A stretch of 39,429 nucleotides of DNA, from the NCBI GenBank assembly GCA_964634335.1, contig CAZWJY010000001.1:1-39429 (forward strand). The letters are read 5' to 3'. Under the pieces are notes generated by a model. The model searched no databases, was not told where the DNA came from, and saw nothing but the letters and a program-made list of their open reading frames with translations. Of this stretch, positions 34,589 through 39,429 are shown in pieces. The stretch is from an uncultured bacterium (GTDB lineage: Bacteria; Hydrothermota; Tepidihabitantia; CAYHGV01; CAZWJY01). Positions within the stretch are counted from its first letter, which is position 1. The number at the start of each line of letters is the position of its first letter. The translations under genes and the position numbers were made by a program.

Positions 34589-34950
34589 AGATAGGTCCTC
34601 TCTCTCTCCTCCATCTCCTTATGAGAATAACCCAAGAGGTGGAGGAGTCCATGGAGGGCGAGCTTATAGCACTCCTCTCTCAGACTTACCCCATAATCCT
34701 TACAATTAGCCAGAGCCTGCTGGACGGATATATAGACCTCTCCCAAGAGATTAAAGTCTCCTTCAAAGGCTAAAACATCGGTGGGATAATCCCTTTTCAA
34801 AAATCTTTTATTCAAGTCTTGGATATACCTATTATCAACAAATATGATATTCAAATCCTTAGTCTCCCCTTCTTCTTTAAGGACTCTTCCCAGTATCCTT
34901 TTCAACTCCTCAGGGTCTATCTCCTCTGGTGGGTTAAATATCTCTATCAC
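34585..34950 (-). CDS. ybeY: rRNA maturation endoribonuclease YbeY
   Basis: The Zn site 'HGLLHLLGYSH' is present. Length is 121 aa, and the gene sits in the conserved phoH-ybeY-corC context. Confidence 0.9.
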   Translation of the reverse strand: MIEIFNPPEEIDPEELKRILGRVLKEEGETKDLNIIFVDNRYIQDLNKRFLKRDYPTDVLAFEGDFNLLGEVYISVQQALANCKDYGVSLREECYKLALHGLLHLLGYSHKEMEERERTYL

Positions 34951-36953
34951 TTATAATCTACTCTTGGATGGACTATACCCAGAATCATATGGAAGAAAGC
35001 CTTCTCTATCCTGGATAGGTCCCTTCTTGTAATAGGGGACTCATCCAGCTGTCCATCTCTAAACTTCTCTTCTATAGCCTCCCTTATTACCCTTCTAAGG
35101 TCCTCAGGATTTTTAGAACCCTTTGCCCTTACTACAGCCTCTACGGTATCAGCCAGCATTACAAGGGCTGCCTCCTTTGTCTGGGGTTTTGGTCCAGGAT
35201 AACGATAATCCTCCTCCCTAACCTCTCCTCTCCTCTTTGCCTTTCTATAAAAAGCCTCTACCCTTGTTGTCCCGTGATGTTGAAGAATGATATCTGTTAT
35301 CTCCCTTGGCAACCTATACTTCTTTGCCAATTTCACAGCCTCAGTAGTATGGGCAAGGATGGCTTTTACACTCTCCTGGGGAGAAAGTCTATCATGAGGG
35401 TTGGCTCTGCCTGTCTGATTCTCTATAAAGTATCTGGGCTTGTAAAGTTTGCCAATATCATGATAGTAACCCCCTGCCCTGGCAAGGATGGGGTCTGCTC
35501 CTATAGCCCTTGCCCCTGCTTCAGCAAGACCACCCACAGCAATAGAGTGCTGATAGGTTCCTGGTGCTAAGAGAGCCATCCTCTGGAATAAGGGATGGTT
35601 TAAATCTATAAGGTCCAAGAGGGATATATCTGTGGTTATAGAAAATATTCTCTCTAAGAAAGGGAAGATGAGCAGGGCCCCCATAGCTGAAATGAAACTC
35701 CCACCAGTCATCCAACCAAATCCGATAAGGAGATCCCTCCATCCTGAAGGGTTGGTTAAAAAAATCCCAAGGGCTCCGGCTATTAACATAAATCCAAAAC
35801 TGTAATAGAAATTCTTACGAGATCTTATCCAATAGATAGAGAGGGAAGCCCCTATCCCACAGAAGAGGAGAGGTATGAATAGGGAGAAGAGGGAACCTAA
35901 AAGGAGAGTAAATATAAGGGAGGAGAAGAGGCTGAAGAAAATTCCTGTCTCTATATCCAGAAAGAGAGCCAGAAGCACACTCCCCAGACCTATCGGGATA
36001 AGCCAGAAAGATAAAGGGTATAAGACCCTTCCTAAAAGGAAGACAAGGGAAGTGATAGTAAAAAGGAGATAGAACTTCCTCTCCTCTTGCCAGATATCCC
36101 TCTTCCTCAAGAAGAGATAGAGACCAAAGAGACTTAAAAGGGTTATATAGAATAAGTTAGGGATAAAGATGGCTTTGAATTTTGATGTCTTTCCCACACT
36201 GCGTAACCCGGATAACTTCAGAAGAGCCTCCTTATCCACCCTTTTATGAGCCTCAACAATAAGTTCCCCTGCCAATACATAACCCTTGGTCTTGGGAACC
36301 CTCTCCCTTGCTTCCGCCCTTCTACGCTCTGTCTCAGTCTCATCATAGAGGAGATTTGGCTTTAAAAATATTGATGAGAGCTCAAGGAGTGTCCTTTTGA
36401 GTCTCCCCCTCCTGGGAAAAAGCCTCTCCGCTTCCCTCTTTATCTCCCTTTCTGCCTGTTTAATAGTAAGGGGATGAGGAAGGATAGTATCTATCTCCTT
36501 ACCATCCCTTCTCAGGGTTATCTTCCCCTTTGGGACAGGTTTACTCTTGGAGACTCCTCTGGATAATAATGTATCCATAACAGTTGCCAGAGCCTCCAGG
36601 ACTTTCTTCCCATCCTTTGATTTCAGGATTTCCTGAGTCTTGGGAGGTAAGAGGGTAAACTTTGAACTTTGGAGCAGGGAAGTAATCTCCTTATGGAGAC
36701 TATCCCTTAGAAAGGGATTGAATCTGAAGACTAAAGGGGTAGAGAGAGCCGCCTCCTCTTCTTCCCTCTTTAGCTCTAAACTATCCTTGGGGATGGGAAA
36801 GGTATAGGGGGCAATGATATCTGATGGGGCTATGTCCCCCTCCTTGAACTTGTAAGGCTTTGGACCTGTGCGTAAAAATAGTAGATTTAAGATGATTAAA
36901 AAACATAGAGGGGCGAGGAGCCTTCTATAGGTTGTTAGTCCTCTTAGATTCAT
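34947..36953 (-). CDS. 7TM-receptor / HD-domain phosphohydrolase (PgpH/YqfF-type)
   Basis: The protein has an extracytoplasmic N-domain, a 7-TM block and a C-terminal HD domain ('HSIAV', 'YYHDIGK', 'QHHGT'). Length is 668 aa. Confidence 0.85.
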   Translation of the reverse strand: MNLRGLTTYRRLLAPLCFLIILNLLFLRTGPKPYKFKEGDIAPSDIIAPYTFPIPKDSLELKREEEEAALSTPLVFRFNPFLRDSLHKEITSLLQSSKFTLLPPKTQEILKSKDGKKVLEALATVMDTLLSRGVSKSKPVPKGKITLRRDGKEIDTILPHPLTIKQAEREIKREAERLFPRRGRLKRTLLELSSIFLKPNLLYDETETERRRAEARERVPKTKGYVLAGELIVEAHKRVDKEALLKLSGLRSVGKTSKFKAIFIPNLFYITLLSLFGLYLFLRKRDIWQEERKFYLLFTITSLVFLLGRVLYPLSFWLIPIGLGSVLLALFLDIETGIFFSLFSSLIFTLLLGSLFSLFIPLLFCGIGASLSIYWIRSRKNFYYSFGFMLIAGALGIFLTNPSGWRDLLIGFGWMTGGSFISAMGALLIFPFLERIFSITTDISLLDLIDLNHPLFQRMALLAPGTYQHSIAVGGLAEAGARAIGADPILARAGGYYHDIGKLYKPRYFIENQTGRANPHDRLSPQESVKAILAHTTEAVKLAKKYRLPREITDIILQHHGTTRVEAFYRKAKRRGEVREEDYRYPGPKPQTKEAALVMLADTVEAVVRAKGSKNPEDLRRVIREAIEEKFRDGQLDESPITRRDLSRIEKAFFHMILGIVHPRVDYK

Positions 36954-37854
36954 AAGCTTTTATTATAGAAGAGACGAGGGGTGGTCTTACAACATCCTCT
37001 TCGGTAAAATATATAAACCTTATCCCTTGAATCCCTTTTAACAGACCTTGGATTTCTACAAGTCCTGAGGATTTTTGTGAGGAGAGGTCTATCTGGGTTA
37101 TATCGCCTGTCACTACAGCCTTAGAGTTCCATCCCAGTCTGGTGAGAAACATCTTCATCTGTCCAGGGGTAGTATTCTGTGCCTCATCTAAGATTACATA
37201 AGAATCTGAGAGAGTCCTTCCTCTCATATAGGCTAATGGGGCTACTTCTATTATCCCTTCATCTATAAGTTTTCTTACTTTTTCCAGGGGGACCATCTCA
37301 TATAAGGCATCGTAGAGGGGGCGTAGATAGGGGTCTACTTTCTCCTTAAAGGTTCCGGGGAGAAATCCCAAAGACTCTCCTGCTTCCACCGCAGGTCTTG
37401 TAAGAATTATTCTGGAAACCTTATTAAGGGTAAGGAATGATACTGCCTTTGCAACAGCTAAGTAAGTCTTCCCTGTACCTGCGGGTCCAATCCCTATAAC
37501 AAGGTCAAAGTTATCCATAGCCTCAAGATACTCCTTCTGGTTCTTACTCTTTGGTCTAATGGAGAGCCTTGGGGTAATTATCCTTATCCCCTCCCCTATC
37601 CCCTTTATCCTCTCTATCTCCTGTTCTATCTCTGTAGGGGTAATAGGTCTATTCTTTCCCACTCTTTTCAATAAGACAGAGAAGAGTTCCTTTATCCTCT
37701 TCACTTCTGAATTATTACCCCTGATAATAATCCTGTCTCCCCTTACTGTTATTAAGGAGTCGAAGTGCCTCTGGATAAGACTCAGATTAGAATCGTGATG
37801 ACCCAGGAGGAGGAGGGGGTCAATTTTACCTATAGAAAGGGTTGTTCTCTTCAA
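36925..37854 (-). CDS. phoH: PhoH-like ATPase
   Basis: It has Walker A 'GPAGTGKTYLA', Walker B 'YVILDEAQN' and 'VVTGDITQIDL'. The start is TTG. Confidence 0.9.
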   Translation of the reverse strand: MKRTTLSIGKIDPLLLLGHHDSNLSLIQRHFDSLITVRGDRIIIRGNNSEVKRIKELFSVLLKRVGKNRPITPTEIEQEIERIKGIGEGIRIITPRLSIRPKSKNQKEYLEAMDNFDLVIGIGPAGTGKTYLAVAKAVSFLTLNKVSRIILTRPAVEAGESLGFLPGTFKEKVDPYLRPLYDALYEMVPLEKVRKLIDEGIIEVAPLAYMRGRTLSDSYVILDEAQNTTPGQMKMFLTRLGWNSKAVVTGDITQIDLSSQKSSGLVEIQGLLKGIQGIRFIYFTEEDVVRPPLVSSIIKAYESKRTNNL

Positions 37855-37857
37855 GCT

Positions 37858-37893
37858 ATAAGAAAGGGGGACTCACCTATAGTGAATCCCCCC
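37858..37893 (-). terminator. intrinsic terminator / attenuating hairpin between the LysM gene and phoH
   Basis: The minus-strand RNA reads GGGGGAUUCAC-UAUAG-GUGAGUCCCCC, with 10 of 11 bp paired, followed by UUUCUUAU. It ends 3 nt before the phoH TTG start. Confidence 0.6.
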
Positions 37894-37906
37894 TTGTTTC
37901 TACTCA

Positions 37907-38497
37907 CTACCTTGGGATAGTGAATTCTTGACCAGGATAGATAAGGTCAGGGTCTTTAATCTTATCCTTATTTGCTTCATATATCTCAGTCCACTTCCTG
38001 GCATTGCCATAAACAGAAATATAGCTGGCTATCCTCCAGAGGCAATCCCCAGGTATAACCTTATAGACATCAAGACCAGGGATCAATAATACCCATCCTG
38101 GATAGATAAGGTTAGGGTCTTTAATCAAGTCTTTATTTGCCTCATAGATAACCTTCCATTTTGTGCCATCGTGGTAGATAGTTCGGTAACTGGCTATCTT
38201 TGAAAGCCAATCACCAGGTTTTACCGAGTATTTACCATAATACTTTGGTTTCTTTCTACACTCAGCCAGTTGTGCTTCAAGCTCAGCTATTGTGCTATCC
38301 AATTTAGCTACTATCGGTCTTAGAGAATCTACCTTTGGCTGGAGTTCAGCTATCTTAGCATTAGCTGCCTCTTCTCTGGCATGATACTCCTCAATAAGGG
38401 CTCTCGCCTCCTTTTCGGTCAATCTCTTCTCCTGGGCAAGGGATATGCCAGAGAGAAAAACCAAGAGACCAAAAATTATGGTTAATCTCTTTCCCAT
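37907..38497 (-). CDS. secreted coiled-coil protein with two LysM peptidoglycan-binding domains
   Basis: A signal peptide and ~60 aa of coiled coil precede two LysM-like units: 'YSVKPGDWLSKIAS...IYPGWVLLIPG' and 'YKVIPGDCLWRIAS...IYPGQEFTIP'. Confidence 0.8.
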   Translation of the reverse strand: MGKRLTIIFGLLVFLSGISLAQEKRLTEKEARALIEEYHAREEAANAKIAELQPKVDSLRPIVAKLDSTIAELEAQLAECRKKPKYYGKYSVKPGDWLSKIASYRTIYHDGTKWKVIYEANKDLIKDPNLIYPGWVLLIPGLDVYKVIPGDCLWRIASYISVYGNARKWTEIYEANKDKIKDPDLIYPGQEFTIPR

Positions 38498-38506
38498 TTC
38501 TCCTCC

Positions 38507-38773
38507 TTATTTTCTTTTAGGTTTTATACTCTTGCACTTCTCAAGTTCTGCCTTCAGTTCATCCACCTTTGCCTTCTTGGTAGCTATCTCCTCTTCCAAT
38601 CTCTTCAACTCTGCCTCCAGATCTCTTGCCTTAGCCTCAGCTGCCTCAGCAGCCATCCTTGCCTCCTCCAACTCTGCAAGGGTCTTTTTTGAGGCATAGC
38701 GATGGCAACCAGTGCTTAATAGGGCAAAAGAGAACCCTATAAGCATGACTGCACTGGCTATTCTCTTTAGCAT
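38507..38773 (-). CDS. small coiled-coil lipoprotein with C-terminal lysine (Lpp-like architecture)
   Basis: The signal peptide 'MLKRIASAVMLIGFSFALLSTG|C' has a PROSITE-type lipobox. The 66-aa mature part is almost entirely Ala/Glu/Lys heptads and ends with KPKRK. I chose the start at ATG 38773 (AAAGGAGGTG 6 nt upstream); the ORF track starts at 38791. Confidence 0.6.
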   Translation of the reverse strand: MLKRIASAVMLIGFSFALLSTGCHRYASKKTLAELEEARMAAEAAEAKARDLEAELKRLEEEIATKKAKVDELKAELEKCKSIKPKRK

Positions 38774-38822
38774 ACCAGCACCTCCTTTCATAGTTTAAAG
38801 AATCCCTTATAAATCATACCCC

Positions 38823-39254
38823 TCAAATCTTAATAGGAAAAGAGGATTTGTCAAGAGGGGGAGTGAGCCTATCCCTGATAAATTCTATCACCTTCTCAGA
38901 GTCAGGGGGTAAAAGGATGTGAAGTCCTCTAAAATTGTCCAAGAAATTCCTTTTATGAAAAGTAGAGAGAACCAATCCATTTTTTGTAAGGTAGAATCTC
39001 CTGAACTCCTTCCATCTCCTCCTTGTCTTATAAATCCTTTTATCTATCAAAATCCCTTCCTTATCCAGGGTATAGGTGTGAGGAAGAAAATAGGGGTTTA
39101 GGGTAATGAAGAAGACTATGAGCGTGAAGAAGAGCCAGAGAGGACCATAGAGGAGATAGGTAAGTATGAGGAAGGCTATAAGGATAAAAGAAACAACCGT
39201 AGTCTTTAAGGGGTGTCTCTTTGCCAGGTGTATCTCCCAGGAAATCTGCTCCAT
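38823..39254 (-). CDS. hypothetical membrane protein (2 TM + small C-terminal domain)
   Basis: The 143-aa protein has two adjacent hydrophobic helices and then a basic ~75-aa domain. It starts 7 nt after the tRNA 3' end. No family was recognised. Confidence 0.5.
   Translation of the reverse strand: MEQISWEIHLAKRHPLKTTVVSFILIAFLILTYLLYGPLWLFFTLIVFFITLNPYFLPHTYTLDKEGILIDKRIYKTRRRWKEFRRFYLTKNGLVLSTFHKRNFLDNFRGLHILLPPDSEKVIEFIRDRLTPPLDKSSFPIKI
38827..38854 (-). promoter_or_regulatory. sigma70-like promoter TTGACA-N16-TAAGAT inside the 3' end of the upstream gene
   Basis: On the minus strand, TTGACA is at 38854-38849 and TAAGAT at 38832-38827. Confidence 0.4.
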
Positions 39255-39261
39255 CCTTCTA

Positions 39262-39336
39262 TGGGCCCGGTAGGACTCGAACCTACGACCCGCTGATTAT
39301 GAGTCAGCTGCTCTAAGCCAACTGAGCTACGGGCCC
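39262..39336 (-). tRNA. elongator-type tRNA with CAU anticodon (tRNA-Met or lysidine-modified tRNA-Ile2)
   Basis: The reverse complement folds as GGGCCCG-TA-GCTC-AGTTGGCTTA-GAGC-A-GCTGA-CTCATAA-TCAGC-GGGTC-GTAGG-TTCGAGT-CCTAC-CGGGCCC-A. G1-C72 is paired, so it is not an initiator. No CCA is encoded. Confidence 0.9.
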
Positions 39337-39343
39337 TTTTAAT

Positions 39344-39371
39344 ATTTTATAAAAAATTTCCCCTTAGTCAA
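39344..39371 (-). promoter_or_regulatory. sigma70-like promoter TTGACT-N16-TAAAAT, 7 nt before the tRNA 5' end
   Basis: On the minus strand, TTGACT is at 39371-39366 and TAAAAT at 39349-39344. The -35 box overlaps the stop codon of the upstream partial ORF. Confidence 0.55.
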
Positions 39372-39429
39372 CCCCCTTTTTGGCTGTCTTCCCTACCATC
39401 CAGAGATACCTACTTCCATATCCTGGATT
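39364..39429 (-). CDS. 3' end of an unidentified gene entering from the right edge
   Basis: An open minus-strand frame reads ...NPGYGSRYLWMVGKTAKKGVD and ends at TAA (39366-39364). It is too short to assign. Confidence 0.25.
   Translation of the reverse strand, partial: NPGYGSRYLWMVGKTAKKGVD

Noticed and set aside
1-39429. CRISPR arrays, rRNA genes, IS elements, toxin-antitoxin pairs and known defence-system genes.
   Set aside because: I saw no regularly spaced direct repeats with unique spacers and no transposase or integrase-like ORFs. No intergenic region exceeds ~110 nt, apart from the window ends and the 198-nt crp-to-LVIVD gap, which is occupied by tRNA-Gln and two divergent promoters. 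This leaves no room for additional structured RNAs.

Overview
This is a dense chromosomal window, almost free of intergenic gaps. About 40 protein genes are present, roughly 33 on the minus strand, plus two tRNAs. It probably comes from an uncultivated diderm bacterium, and the Glu/Lys/Ile/Arg-rich proteins may indicate a thermophile. The diderm call rests on BamA, lipoproteins and two cargo proteins with T9SS-type C-terminal sorting domains. Most genes are housekeeping: dapF, a CDP-alcohol phosphatidyltransferase, recN, nadK, prmC, prfA, a Crp/Fnr regulator, tsaD, mnmA, speB, and the phoH / 7TM-HD / ybeY / CorC-type x2 / mgtE string. A Wzx-like flippase, a GT4 glycosyltransferase and an MFS transporter are also present. 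No CRISPR array, transposase, integrase or rRNA was seen. The most interesting items are these. (1) A five-gene cassette at 26737-30311 is joined by 4-nt start/stop overlaps; it encodes a MazG-like NTP pyrophosphohydrolase and four membrane proteins I cannot assign to any family. (2) Two tandem paralogous mini-proteins starting with Met-Cys-Cys, each with 8 Cys, lie downstream of speB; one is absent from the ORF track. (3) A recurrent promoter architecture, TTGAC[AT]-N16-TAnnnT, places many start codons 5-9 nt after the -10 box, which implies leaderless mRNAs and corrects several ORF-track starts. (4) Both tRNAs are followed directly by same-strand protein genes. (5) A Braun-lipoprotein-like coiled-coil lipoprotein sits next to a LysM protein with a related coiled coil. 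(6) An archaeal-type EndoQ homologue is paired with a HIT protein. All functional calls come from motif recognition by eye; no database search was run.
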